From positions 1-25,878 of the forward strand of contig CAVRCJ010000021.1 in assembly GCA_963719515.1 (NCBI GenBank): a stretch of 25,878 nt of DNA. The letters are read 5' to 3'. Every line of letters starts with the position of its first letter. Positions within the stretch are counted from its first letter, which is position 1. The notes beneath the pieces were generated by a model, which made no database searches, was not told the origin of the DNA, and saw only the letters and a program-made list of their open reading frames with translations. Positions 8,776 to 19,100 of the stretch are shown in pieces. The position numbers and the translations under genes were made by a program. Source of the DNA: an uncultured cyanobacterium. Lineage in GTDB: Bacteria; Cyanobacteriota; Cyanobacteriia; CAKZMO01.

Positions 8776-9435
8776 ATGGATCGCAATAGCCTTGAACGCC
8801 AGTACGCTCCTGCCACTGAGCGTAACCGAGACCCAATTCTCACCGTACTTCAGCGAGTTCTCCCCCCGACGGGCACGGTGCTTGAGGTCTCTAGCGGTAC
8901 CGGGCAGCACGCCGCCTATTTTGCGCCACGCCTCCAGCCTCGGCGGTGGCTGCCCTCTGACTATGACCAGCAGGCCCTCAGCAGCATCGCGGCGTGGCGA
9001 CAGCACCAGCCCGCCGAGACTCTTTGCCCTCCGCTACAGCTCGATGCTCAAGCCCCAGTCTGGCCGGTCGAGTCCGCTTTGGCCGCTGACCTAGATCCCA
9101 CCATTGCCAGCGAAATTTCCGCTCACCCCATCACCGCTATTGTCAACATCAACATGCTGCATATTTCCCCCTGGGAAGCCGGTTTAGGGCTATTTGCCGG
9201 GGCAGGTCGTCTGCTTCCGGCAGGCGGAGCGCTGTATCTCTACGGTCCGTTCCGCGCCCAGGGGCAGCTCGTTCCGAGCAATGCGGCCTTTGATGAAACG
9301 CTTCAAAGCCGAAACCCGCTCTGGGGGGTGCGGGATCTCGAGGCGGTCGTGGCGGCAGCGCAGACTCAGGGCCTAAGCCTAGTTGAGCAGGTGGCTATGC
9401 CTGCCAACAACCTGTCCCTCGTATTTGAGGCTTGA
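8776..9435 (+). CDS. DUF938 family SAM-dependent methyltransferase (METTL26-like)
   Basis: APATERNRDPIL, VLEVSSGTGQHA, WLPSD, INMLHISPW, LYLYGPF, SNAAFD..L.SRNP.WGVRD and MPANNLSLVF. Confidence 0.92.
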   Translation: MDRNSLERQYAPATERNRDPILTVLQRVLPPTGTVLEVSSGTGQHAAYFAPRLQPRRWLPSDYDQQALSSIAAWRQHQPAETLCPPLQLDAQAPVWPVESALAADLDPTIASEISAHPITAIVNINMLHISPWEAGLGLFAGAGRLLPAGGALYLYGPFRAQGQLVPSNAAFDETLQSRNPLWGVRDLEAVVAAAQTQGLSLVEQVAMPANNLSLVFEA

Positions 9436-10437
9436 GCATAGTGCCCTTCGTCTGCTGGCCTCGGTCCGAGGAATACCCTGCCAATGGGCGGCCAGAGGGC
9501 TCTCCTCTAAAATCGACTCAACCCAGTCATTCTGCTGGGAAGACAGCTTATCTTTCCAGGCTGAGGCGATCGCCTCGGAGGAGCCTACAGGCTTTTGAAT
9601 TTTCGCTTCAATCTCCTGGGTCCACGGCAGCCCAGATGCAGCGTAGATCCGCTTCATCACGCCGACCGGGTTGTGCACCAGATCCTCGTAGATCACCAGC
9701 ACGTAGTTTGCACTCCCCTGCCCCGCCTGGTAGATTATCTCATTGGCGTAGCGCCAGTACCACAGCTCGAGTTCATCGACAGACAGGGCCTCTAGGCTGC
9801 CCATACGCTGGGACCAGGCGGGACTAGCGGCCGCTAAAGGCTTGAGGCGATCGATGTTGGCCTGCTTCACCTGTTCGAGCGCGCGACTGTCAACGTAGCG
9901 ATTGCGCCAGGAGTTTAGGAATCCGCCGGGGTGTCTGATGATGTGGACTACTGAGCTTTGAGGGCGGTGCTTTAAGACCCAGGTTGCCCACCCGGGAGCC
10001 TGATTAATCTTGAGGACGGGGCGGGCCTGCTGGAGGCGCTGCCTGCTGGCGAACCAAGCGGGTACAGACCACTGCTCTCCGGCAATTCCGGGAATGAGAC
10101 GGGAGGCTATCTGCCGCCGCCGCTGTCCTCTCAGGAGGTATGCCCCCCCAAAGCGGCTGACAAGCGATCGCAGGTGGGCTTTTTGGGGGGGCGCAATCCG
10201 GTCCCGCGCTCCCATCTGCATCTGGGCTGTGGCGATCGCCTCGTCCCAAGCTGGAGCAAAGTTTGGGCCGTAAGCCTCTTGGAGCGTGGGGGGCGGAAGA
10301 GCCGCGAAGGGTGAGCCAGACAGCTCGTTGGGTTCGTTGCGGCAGTGAGTATGGGGGCTGAGGTCTAAAAGGTCTAAAAGCCAGTTGGTCCCTGAACGAC
10401 CTTGTCCAAGGATAAAAGTGCAGTTGCTATGAGCCAT
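9379..10437 (-). CDS. Sulfotransferase family protein
   Basis: 5'-PSB motif FILGQGRSGTNWL, then NEP, the 3'-PB region VVHIIRHPGGFLNSW, and VIYEDLVHNP. ATG at 10437 is preferred over CTG at 10464. Confidence 0.85.
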   Translation of the reverse strand: MAHSNCTFILGQGRSGTNWLLDLLDLSPHTHCRNEPNELSGSPFAALPPPTLQEAYGPNFAPAWDEAIATAQMQMGARDRIAPPQKAHLRSLVSRFGGAYLLRGQRRRQIASRLIPGIAGEQWSVPAWFASRQRLQQARPVLKINQAPGWATWVLKHRPQSSVVHIIRHPGGFLNSWRNRYVDSRALEQVKQANIDRLKPLAAASPAWSQRMGSLEALSVDELELWYWRYANEIIYQAGQGSANYVLVIYEDLVHNPVGVMKRIYAASGLPWTQEIEAKIQKPVGSSEAIASAWKDKLSSQQNDWVESILEESPLAAHWQGIPRTEASRRRALCSSLKYEGQVVGRHSHLLN

Positions 10438-10697
10438 GAATTCTCTGGGGGTGGTAGTCAGCACCAGCGGGCATCACACCAATGTCAATACATCAGCGAA
10501 AAGGGCTGGTCGGCAAGATGTGCCTTTGAAACGGTAGTTCTGACGATGCGACCCTAAAGGCGTATAGACGTAGGAATCAACAGCTTTGTTCCCTTGCCTT
10601 CACGGTCGACTCTATTGCACCCAGACGATGCTTTATGGTAACGGGTCTACAGCAGCAGACGCACTGCGTGACATCACACCCTGAGGTTGATCCGACG

Positions 10698-12602
10698 CTA
10701 ACAGGCCGTCACGCTAGCGGCAGGGGCAAGAATACTAAGCACTTGCTCTACCGGGACGGGCGGGCTGAACAGATAGCCCTGCATGAGATGACAGCCTAGC
10801 GATCGCAAAATATCTGCCTGAGCCTGGGTTTCCACGCCCTCGGCTACCACCTTCAGGTTTAAGCCTTTAGATAGCGCAACGATTGCCGCAACGATGGCCC
10901 GATCTGGGGAGTTTTGCTCAAGATCTATCAGTAGAGAGCGATCGATCTTGAGCTTGTGGAGCGGCAGCTGCTTGAGCCGCGCCAAGGAGGAGTAGCCCGT
11001 GCCAAAATCGTCTAGGCTAATGCTTACCCCCGCATCAGTCAGATCTAGAATGCTGTGCTGGCCTATTTTGAGCTGGCTGATGGCGGTTGTTTCAGTCATC
11101 TCTAGCTCTAGGAAATTTGGGTCATAGTTCACAGACCGCAATGTGCTGCGAATTAGGTCCGCTAGCTCTGGCTGCTGGAGCTGCCGGGGTGAGACGTTGA
11201 CTGCAAGAGTGATGTCAGAGAAACCGGCGGCGTGCCACCGCTGGGCCTGACGAATACCCTCTTGAAGAACCCACTCCCCTAGCGGAAAAATCAGATCCCC
11301 GGTTTCAGCCAGTTCAAGAAACGCGGCGGGAGAGAGCAGGCCCAAGCGCGGATGCTGCCAGCGCACTAGCGCCTCCATAGCAACGACAGTTTGACTTTGG
11401 CAATCGACCTGGGGCTGAAAGTATAGCCTCAGGTCATAGTTGTCGATGGCGTGACGCAGCTCTTGCTCTAGGCCTAGGCCGTCTACTCTGAGGTTGGCAG
11501 TGGCCTTGCCGCGAATGGAGTAGGTGTTGCGACCCTGCCGCTTGGCCTGGTAGAGCGCCTCGTCCGCGCAGTGCAGCGCGGAGCGGCTGTCGTGCATACT
11601 GGCTGTGCAGAGCGTTACGCCGACGCTTCCACTGATGTGCAGCTTGTAGTTTTCGACATAAAAGGGCTGTCTCAGCTGAGATAGTATTTGCTCACAGAGG
11701 GTTTCGACCTCACGAACTGAGCTTGAATAGTTCAAAATCAGGGCAAATTCGTCCCCCCCCCACCGGCTCAGCGTATCCTCAGCGCGAAGGCAGCGGTTTA
11801 TTCTTTGAGCGGCGCACTTGAGCAACTCGTCGCCCACAACGTGACCGTACGTGTCGTTGATCTGCTTGAATCGATCGAGGTCTAGCAGCACAACCGCAGT
11901 CTTCAAGCGCTCCGTAGGGTGGCGGAGGCGATCGCTGAGGCGTTGGTCAAAGACCTCTCGATTAGGAAGCTCGGTCAACCCGTCATAGAGGGCTCGGCGG
12001 CGCATCTGTCGTTCCATCTGCTTTTGCTGGGTCACATCTCGGATTGACCAGAGAAGCGCGACGCTGGTTTTGTGCTGAAGCAACGCGCGGCTGATTGAGA
12101 GAAAGACGGCGGCCTCAAAGGGCGCTTTGTTGCGAGGAGAGAGCGCTATGTTCCATTCGTGAGGCTCCAATTTGGCGAGGGGATCAGAGATATTGAGCTG
12201 CGCTAACCGGGTGAAGAGGGTGATGCGCGACGGCGCTGGAACAAACAGGGCTAGCGGTTTCCCGATAAGATAGTCTGGGTGAACGTTTAGCATTGAGGCA
12301 ATCGTCCGGTTGGCAAACAAAACCTGCCCCACCGAATCTGTGATCAGATATCCCCCCGGCAGGAGCTTAAATAGGGTTTGATGATGATGGTTTTCAGCAC
12401 ATAAAGTCTGGTTTGAGCGCCGTAGCTCCTGGTTTTGATGCTGCAATTCCTCGCTCAAACTCTCTAGCTGATCCAGCGAGTCGTGAAGGCGATTGAGAGT
12501 GTCAGAGAGCTGTGGCGACTGGAGTAAGTGGGCCGTATTCCCCTCCTGAAGCCGCTGTAGCTGCTCCTGAATGGCGATGATGAGCGAAGAAGGCGCTTCC
12601 AT
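10698..12602 (-). CDS. Coiled coil-PAS-GGDEF-EAL diguanylate cyclase/phosphodiesterase
   Basis: YDGLTELPNR, LDLDRFKQINDTYGH, RAED I-site plus RWGGDEF, MEALVRW, ELEMTE, LDDFGTGYSSL, KIDRS, AEGVET and QGY. Confidence 0.95.
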   Translation of the reverse strand: MEAPSSLIIAIQEQLQRLQEGNTAHLLQSPQLSDTLNRLHDSLDQLESLSEELQHQNQELRRSNQTLCAENHHHQTLFKLLPGGYLITDSVGQVLFANRTIASMLNVHPDYLIGKPLALFVPAPSRITLFTRLAQLNISDPLAKLEPHEWNIALSPRNKAPFEAAVFLSISRALLQHKTSVALLWSIRDVTQQKQMERQMRRRALYDGLTELPNREVFDQRLSDRLRHPTERLKTAVVLLDLDRFKQINDTYGHVVGDELLKCAAQRINRCLRAEDTLSRWGGDEFALILNYSSSVREVETLCEQILSQLRQPFYVENYKLHISGSVGVTLCTASMHDSRSALHCADEALYQAKRQGRNTYSIRGKATANLRVDGLGLEQELRHAIDNYDLRLYFQPQVDCQSQTVVAMEALVRWQHPRLGLLSPAAFLELAETGDLIFPLGEWVLQEGIRQAQRWHAAGFSDITLAVNVSPRQLQQPELADLIRSTLRSVNYDPNFLELEMTETTAISQLKIGQHSILDLTDAGVSISLDDFGTGYSSLARLKQLPLHKLKIDRSLLIDLEQNSPDRAIVAAIVALSKGLNLKVVAEGVETQAQADILRSLGCHLMQGYLFSPPVPVEQVLSILAPAASVTAC

Positions 12603-12638
12603 ATGGCGTCAAGAAACAGGGAAACAGCTGATGCAGCG

Positions 12639-12691
12639 AGAGGCTTCTAGCGCTGTCAGTTTCGCTGAAATGGCGCTAGAAGCGAGCCTCT
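12639..12691 (-). other. Long imperfect hairpin in the leader of the PAS-GGDEF-EAL gene
   Basis: gcttctagcgc (12643-12653) pairs perfectly with gcgctagaagc (12673-12683). There is an inner tcag/ctga stem and an outer agagg/cctct stem. Confidence 0.5.
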
Positions 12692-12711
12692 GTCTATGAG
12701 CTTCTGGCAAT

Positions 12712-12758
12712 AGTAATATGATTGAATATGATTAAGGCACTGCTTTAATCATATTACT
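12712..12758. promoter_or_regulatory. AT-rich palindromic candidate protein-binding site with extra tandem half-site
   Basis: AATATGATTAA (12725-12735), N9, TTAATCATATT (12745-12755). An extra AGTAATATGATT at 12712-12723 is the exact inverse of AATCATATTACT at 12747-12758. Confidence 0.55.
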
Positions 12759-12862
12759 TCAGCGGTTGAGAGCAGGCTTGATATGGACATCACGACAACA
12801 AGTTCACGGTAGCTTACGATTCGCGCGGTAGGCCGTGGGGACTGATACCGTATCTTTACCGA

Positions 12863-15800
12863 TCATTCGCCCCCAGCGGCCTCCCTCGCCCCCGCTCCGG
12901 TCAAGTCGACTATCTTCAGCAAAATTAGCGGCTGGCCCATCTGAGTCATTTTGCGAGCGCTCAGCTGCATCTGCCGCTGTCCGATGGCCTCAAAGGTGTG
13001 GTCTATGAAAAAGTTCGTTATCTCAGTATCCTTCGCCAGTAGATCGACGAGCCGCGATCGCAGTTCGGAGATATTCCACTGACCATTACCTAGGCTAAAA
13101 ATGGAGCTCCCTTTGATGCTGCTGGGAGACACCTGAAACATATCGTAAAAGTGTCGGGTGGCGACCACCACTCGTAGCTCTTCGTCTAGCACTACCAAAG
13201 ACTCCTGTACCGTTTGAATAATGGCGTCGGCGTAGGTTTGTGCGGCTTCGAGCTGAGCGGCGTTGCGCTTAAAGGCATCAATGGCGAACACGACGACAAC
13301 AGCGCCATCAATGCGGTTGTCTAGGGTACGGTAGGGACGAATTCGCAGGTCGTACCAGCATCCATTTTTGTTCTGAACTTCCTGACTGCTCTGATTTAGA
13401 GTGCGAATTACCGTCAAAATTTGCGACTCCAAGTCCTCGACGAGCAGGTTGTGGCGAATGTCGTTCAGGGGCCGTCCCACGTCCGTTGGAATGAGGTTAA
13501 ACAGGTCAGCCGCCGTTGGGGTAAAGCGGCGGATACGCAGGCCGTTTTCCTCAACCATTAAAATGGGAATGTTTGTGCTGCCCAATAGATTTTGAAGATC
13601 ATTGCTGATGCAGGTGGTCTCGATATTGCGCTGATAAAGCTCCTCATTGATAGTGCTCAACTCCTCGTTGGTGGCCTGGATTTCTTCTTTCGCCGTTTGC
13701 AGCTCTTCGTTGGTGCTCTGCAGCTCTTCATTACTCGACAAAATCTCTTCGTTGGCGGCCCTCAGGTCTTGATTGGTGCCTTCTTGCTCCTCAATGATTG
13801 ACTGCAGATGGCTTTTACTCTGGTCTAATTCCTGCTGTAGTCGCTGAATAATTTGCTCGGCGGTGGAAGGAATAGCGGTTAAATCAAGCCTGTCGACGCT
13901 GACGCTGTCGCTCACCTGGGGCTTACCGTCCTCTTCAAAAATAACCATGAAGACCTCGTCAGCGGTGCTGGACCCAAGGGAAACGACGGTGAGTTTGGTT
14001 TGCTGCTTCACCCGACGGTCGCCAGCGGCCTCTCTCAGATAGATGTTGGCCTTGCTGATGGATTTACCGGTCTCCTGAGCCTGATAGATAGCGCTGCGCA
14101 GGGCTATCTGCAGTTCGGGCCGCGCAAGCCTTAACAGATTGAGGCTCGCGCGGCCCGGTGCCGGGTCTAAGTAAGCGCCCGTCTGTCCCAAAAACTGCCT
14201 CACCTCAAGCTGCTGATCGATGATGACGGCGGCGGCATCGTAATGCTTCAGCAGCGCCAGCTCAATGGCTCTATTCAGCGTAGTGCCGGCTTGGGAGAGT
14301 TCGGTCGATGGATCCAGAGTGGGCATAAAACCGGCTTGCGGGGAGAGAGACTCAACTAAGTTGAGGCCATACCCGGCGCTGGAGGCCTGTTTAACATAGA
14401 CCTTGTGCTTCGAATTCACCAGTCTAAAGAGGTCAAACGAGCTTCCCACCGCTTCAGATGCCCCCAGCATCAAAAAGCGGGCAGGTTTGAGACCGTAGTG
14501 AATCGTCGACAATATTTTCGCTTGCGCCGCTGGTTTGAGATAGATCAGCACGTTGCGGCAGGTCACGAGGTCGAGACGAGAGAAAGGGGGATCTCCCAAC
14601 AAATTTTGTTGAGCAAAAATGCACAGTTCGCGCACGGCTTTATTGATTTGGTATCCCCTCTCCACCGGCACAAAGTAGCGCTGTAGCCGTTCGGGGGAGA
14701 CCCCCGTTAGCCTATCGGCAAGATAAATGCCCTGGCGCGCTGCATCAATTGCCGCCGCACTGAGATCGGTGGCAAAAATCTGAATGGAAGGTCTGGCCAG
14801 ATGCTCAGGCAAAAACTCCAGCAAGCAGATTGCCAGAGAATAGGCTTCTTCTCCCGTAGAGCATCCCGCGACCCAAATGCGGATGGGACGCAGTGGACGG
14901 CTCTCTAAAAGCTCGGGAAAGACCTCCTGCTTTAAAGCTTCGAATGCAGACGAATCGCGGAAAAAGCTTGTTACAGTGATCAAAACCTCTTGGTACAGCT
15001 TTTCAACCTCTGCAGCGTTTTTCTTTAAATAGTCGACATAGTCTTCCACCCGGTCTAGCCGCTTCAAAGACATCCGCCTTAAGATGCGCCGCTTTAGCGT
15101 CGTCTCCTTATAGAGGCTAAAGTCGACCCCCGTCGCTGTCCGCAGCAGGGCAAAAATGGCGGCTATGCCTGCGCTTCCGGTGTCGTCGAGGCCGTCTGAG
15201 TCGGGGCTGTACCGCTCCGGATAACGGCCAATGCGGACGATCTCTTGGGCGATCTCTGCTGGGGTACCTGTAAAGTCGACCTGTCCGGTGGCGATCGCGG
15301 CGTTGGGCATGGTTTGTACCTGGGCTGAGATGTCCGACTGGGCAAACGTCCTGCCGCCAGCGGCTTTAATGTCCTCTAGTCCCTGGGTGCCATCGTCGTT
15401 CCCCCCCGACAGGACGACGGCGATCGCCTGATCCTGGCAGTCGTTAGCCAGCGACTCAAAAAAAATGTCAATACTTTTGTGGGGCCGCGGTGATCCCCCG
15501 TTTCGGGGCGCTAGGCAAAGCCGCCCGTCGGCGATGGTCATACTAACGTTGGGCGGAATTACATAGACCCGGTTTGGCTCTACCGCCATTCCCTCCTCAG
15601 CCTCGTGAACCGGCATCTGAGTATCGTGGGACATAATCGATCTGAGCCGGCTCTCTTGGTCGGGAGCCAGGTGAAGCACCAACACAAAGGCCATGCCGGT
15701 GTCAGCGGGCAAATGGTTGAGCAGCTCTGTAAACGCCGCTAGACCACCCGCTGATGCCCCCACCCCGACGACGGGAAAGTCTGGGCCTCTGTCTTGCAGC

Positions 15801-15913
15801 CTGTCGGGAGCTGGAAATGGGTCAGGCGCTTGAGTATTCACCTCTGAACCTGCAGCGGGAGACGGCGCTGTCCTCCGCTGAGAGTCGGGGCGATCAGGCT
15901 GGTCAGGGGGCAT
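12863..15913 (-). CDS. cheBR: CheB methylesterase-CheR methyltransferase fusion with coiled coil and PAS domains, no kinase/output domain
   Basis: CheB S-H-D triad (GASAGG, LHLAP, SGGNDDG). CheR motifs VTSFFRD, IWVAGCSTGEEAYS, FATDL and CRNVLIY. NEELQSTNEELQTAKEE heptads, a PAS_10-like IRRFTP segment and a terminal PAS. Confidence 0.93.
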   Translation of the reverse strand: MPPDQPDRPDSQRRTAPSPAAGSEVNTQAPDPFPAPDRLQDRGPDFPVVGVGASAGGLAAFTELLNHLPADTGMAFVLVLHLAPDQESRLRSIMSHDTQMPVHEAEEGMAVEPNRVYVIPPNVSMTIADGRLCLAPRNGGSPRPHKSIDIFFESLANDCQDQAIAVVLSGGNDDGTQGLEDIKAAGGRTFAQSDISAQVQTMPNAAIATGQVDFTGTPAEIAQEIVRIGRYPERYSPDSDGLDDTGSAGIAAIFALLRTATGVDFSLYKETTLKRRILRRMSLKRLDRVEDYVDYLKKNAAEVEKLYQEVLITVTSFFRDSSAFEALKQEVFPELLESRPLRPIRIWVAGCSTGEEAYSLAICLLEFLPEHLARPSIQIFATDLSAAAIDAARQGIYLADRLTGVSPERLQRYFVPVERGYQINKAVRELCIFAQQNLLGDPPFSRLDLVTCRNVLIYLKPAAQAKILSTIHYGLKPARFLMLGASEAVGSSFDLFRLVNSKHKVYVKQASSAGYGLNLVESLSPQAGFMPTLDPSTELSQAGTTLNRAIELALLKHYDAAAVIIDQQLEVRQFLGQTGAYLDPAPGRASLNLLRLARPELQIALRSAIYQAQETGKSISKANIYLREAAGDRRVKQQTKLTVVSLGSSTADEVFMVIFEEDGKPQVSDSVSVDRLDLTAIPSTAEQIIQRLQQELDQSKSHLQSIIEEQEGTNQDLRAANEEILSSNEELQSTNEELQTAKEEIQATNEELSTINEELYQRNIETTCISNDLQNLLGSTNIPILMVEENGLRIRRFTPTAADLFNLIPTDVGRPLNDIRHNLLVEDLESQILTVIRTLNQSSQEVQNKNGCWYDLRIRPYRTLDNRIDGAVVVVFAIDAFKRNAAQLEAAQTYADAIIQTVQESLVVLDEELRVVVATRHFYDMFQVSPSSIKGSSIFSLGNGQWNISELRSRLVDLLAKDTEITNFFIDHTFEAIGQRQMQLSARKMTQMGQPLILLKIVDLTGAGAREAAGGE

Positions 15914-16180
15914 AAGCGCAGGTGTAGAGTCCTGCTTCTTAATTTACTGTAGATCTGGGCTTAAACCTGCTGCTCTGGCGTGGGTGGAGACACCGCATGC
16001 CGCGCCCCGAAAAATTCATGCTGCTCTTCCCCCATCAGCTCCAATTCTTTCAGCAATCTCACTGAAATTACCGCCCATTTCCGGAGCAACACCCGTAGAT
16101 TCCTTGGCGATCGCGCTTAAAAACTACCAATACTATTGATTGAATAGGCTCGCCCTGTTCTGACGTCAGCAGAGTACTCG

Positions 16181-19100
16181 ATGGCTAAGGTTCTCTTGAA
16201 TGATGACAATACCGACAAAGAGGCGGCTTTACAGCAGTTGGCGGAGAAAGATCGGCAAATTCGGCTGCTCCGGGCCCAGCTCAACCAAGAAATTGAGCGC
16301 TGCCGCCGCATCGAGCAAAACTGCGTCCAGGACATTCAGGACCACACGGAAGAGCTAGAAGCCGAAATTGTGCAGCGCCGACGTGTTGAAAAGCAGCTGC
16401 ACCACCAGGTTACCAATCTGGAAATTATTTTTAGAGCCTTTCCCGACGCCATCATCTTTTTAGATAGCAACTGCTGCATCCGCAAGGTTAGCTCAGCGCT
16501 GACTAAACTATTTGGCTATCGGCCTGAAGAAATCTTGGGTAAGTCGATAGACGTCCTCTATCACAACCTCGACGACGGCTTAATTCTTGAGGATCAGCAC
16601 TTTAGCCTCTTTGCTGAAGAAACCTTCGAGCCCTACAATATCTACTACCAGCGCCAGGACCAATCTACCTTCATCGGCGAAACCATCGGCACCATTGTTA
16701 AAGACTCTTTGGGGCATGTGATCGGTTTTTTGGGCATTATTCGCGATGTTACCCAGCGGCAGCAGCTGATGCAGGAGCGGGACAGGGCCCAGGCTGAGCT
16801 AGCCTGTCGGGAAGCGCAGCTCAGACAGTTTGTGAAGCATATGCCTGCGGCGATCGCCATGTTTGACACGCAGATGCGCCATTTGTTTCATAGCGATCGC
16901 TGGCTTAAAGATCACGATCTCTGCGGCACAGAAATCACTGGAAAGCATCATTACGACGTCTTTCCCGCCATTGCCGACTGCTGGAAAGAACGCCATCGAC
17001 AGTGCCTTGAGGGTCGGGTGCTGGAGTGCGAAGAGGAGGTATTTTTTCAGGCCGATGGCGCGCGGGAGTGGCTCAAATGGGAGCTGCGGCCCTGGTACCA
17101 GGCTTCTGGAGAAATCGGGGGCGTCCTCGCGCTCACAGAGACCGTTACCGCCCGCAAAAACGCTCGGCTAAAGCTAGAGGAAAGTGAGGCTCGCTTTCGG
17201 GCCTTCATGAACAACAATCTGGCGATCGCCTTTATGAAGGACGATACCGGTCGCTATCTCTACGTCAACAAGCCCTTTGAAAAATTTGCGGGCCGGGCGG
17301 CGACTGAGCTAGTGGGCAAGACGGGACACGATTGGCTTCCGCCTGCGATCGCGCGTCAGCTGAGCAAGCACGACTCCCAGGTGCTGACCAGCGGGCAAGC
17401 GAGCCAGCGGCTAGAGATTATGCCGACCGCCGACGGAACCTTGAGCTACTGGATGGTGTGTAAGTTTCCCTGCTCCAACGCCCGAGGCGCGGCGCTAGGG
17501 GGCGTCGCCTTCAATATCACTGAGCAAAAGCAAATCGAGCAAGAGCTATTTCGCGAAAAGGAGCTCGCTCAAGTCACCCTGCAGTCCATTGGCGATGCCG
17601 TGATTACCACCGACGCCCAGGGAAAGATCACCTATCTCAACTCCGCCGCCGAGCGCCTGACGGCTTGGTCCCTCAGGGAAGCCAGCGGGCTCCCCCTATC
17701 CCACGTCTTTCACGTTGTCGATGAAGTCACACGGGTGCTGGCGCAAAATCCGGTGGAGCGCGTCCTCAGCACTGGCGAGGTGGCTGGCTTTTCCAACAAC
17801 GTCGCCCTGATTAGCCGCAGCGGCACCGAATACAGCATCGTCGACTCAGCAGCGCCCATTAAAGACCGGGAGGGCGACGCCGTAGGCGTAGTGCTTGTCT
17901 TTCACGATGTGACAGAGTCTCGGGCGCTGTCGCAACAGCTGGTGTGGCAGGCGTCTCACGATACGTTGACCAGCTTAAAGAACCGCCGCTACTTTGAGCT
18001 AGAACTCAACTCGGTGCTAGAGCAGACCCAGCGGCAGCACGTTCTGTGCTACCTCGACCTCGACCAGTTCAAGATTGTCAACGATACGGGGGGCCATGCC
18101 GCTGGGGACGAGCTGCTGCGGCAGATCGGCGCTATGCTGACCCAAAATACCCGCTCAGCCGACGTTGTGGCCCGGCTGGGGGGGGATGAGTTTGGCGTTT
18201 TGCTGAAGCGATGCTCACTAGAAAACGCGCGGCGCGTCATGGATCTGGTTCGGCAGATGGTCAAAGACTTTCGCTTCGTCTGGGAGGACAACACCTTCAG
18301 CGTTGGCGTCAGCATCGGGATGGTCGAGATCAACGATACGCTGCAAAACTTGGCCGATGCCCTAGGCGCTGCCGATGCCGCCTGCTACGCCGCCAAAGAG
18401 CGGGGACGCAACCGACTCTATCTCTACCGCGCTGACGATCAAGAGCTGACCCGACAGCGCAAAGAACAGCAGTGGATCTCCCGCATCCAGCAGGCCCTGG
18501 ACCAAAATCAGTTCCAGCTCTACCGCCAGCCCATTGCGCCAACAGCGCTGGCCTGCGGCGATGTAACCACCAAGGCCGTGCACCATTACGAAATTTTGCT
18601 GCGGCTCGTCAGCGCCGAGGGCAAGATCATTCCACCGATGGCGTTTATTCCGGCGGCAGAGCGCTACGGCCTCATGCCCGCCATCGATCGCTGGGTTGTG
18701 GAGGCGTTTTTCGACCAAATCGATGCCCTGCAAGCCTTGGCCGCCTGTAATACCGGCAGCGAGACGGCAACGGGGTTCTATACGCTCAACCTATCGGGAG
18801 CCAGCATCAATGACGAGCAGTTTTTGCCGTTCTTAACGGACAAAATCACCCGCAGCGCCCTCTCCCCCAAATTGCTGTGTTTTGAAATTACCGAAACCGT
18901 CGCCGTTTCTAACCTCAATCGGGCGAGGGCATTTATCCAGGAAATTAAGGCGCTGGGCTGCTCTTTTGCCCTCGACGACTTTGGCAGCGGCATGTCGTCG
19001 TTTGGCTATTTAAAGCATTTGGCCGTCAACTATATCAAAATTGACGGCTCCTTTGTGCGCAACCTGCTGGAAGACAATATCAGCACCTCCATCGTAGAGG

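Noticed and set aside
10637..10650. NtcA box upstream of the sulfotransferase
   Set aside because: The spacing is GTA-N7-TAC rather than the canonical N8.
12603..12862. c-di-GMP-I (GEMM) riboswitch upstream of the DGC/PDE
   Set aside because: A GAAA-containing loop is present, but the conserved GGCAAAC...GACGCAAAGC and second-stem features are not. Kept only as a generic hairpin.
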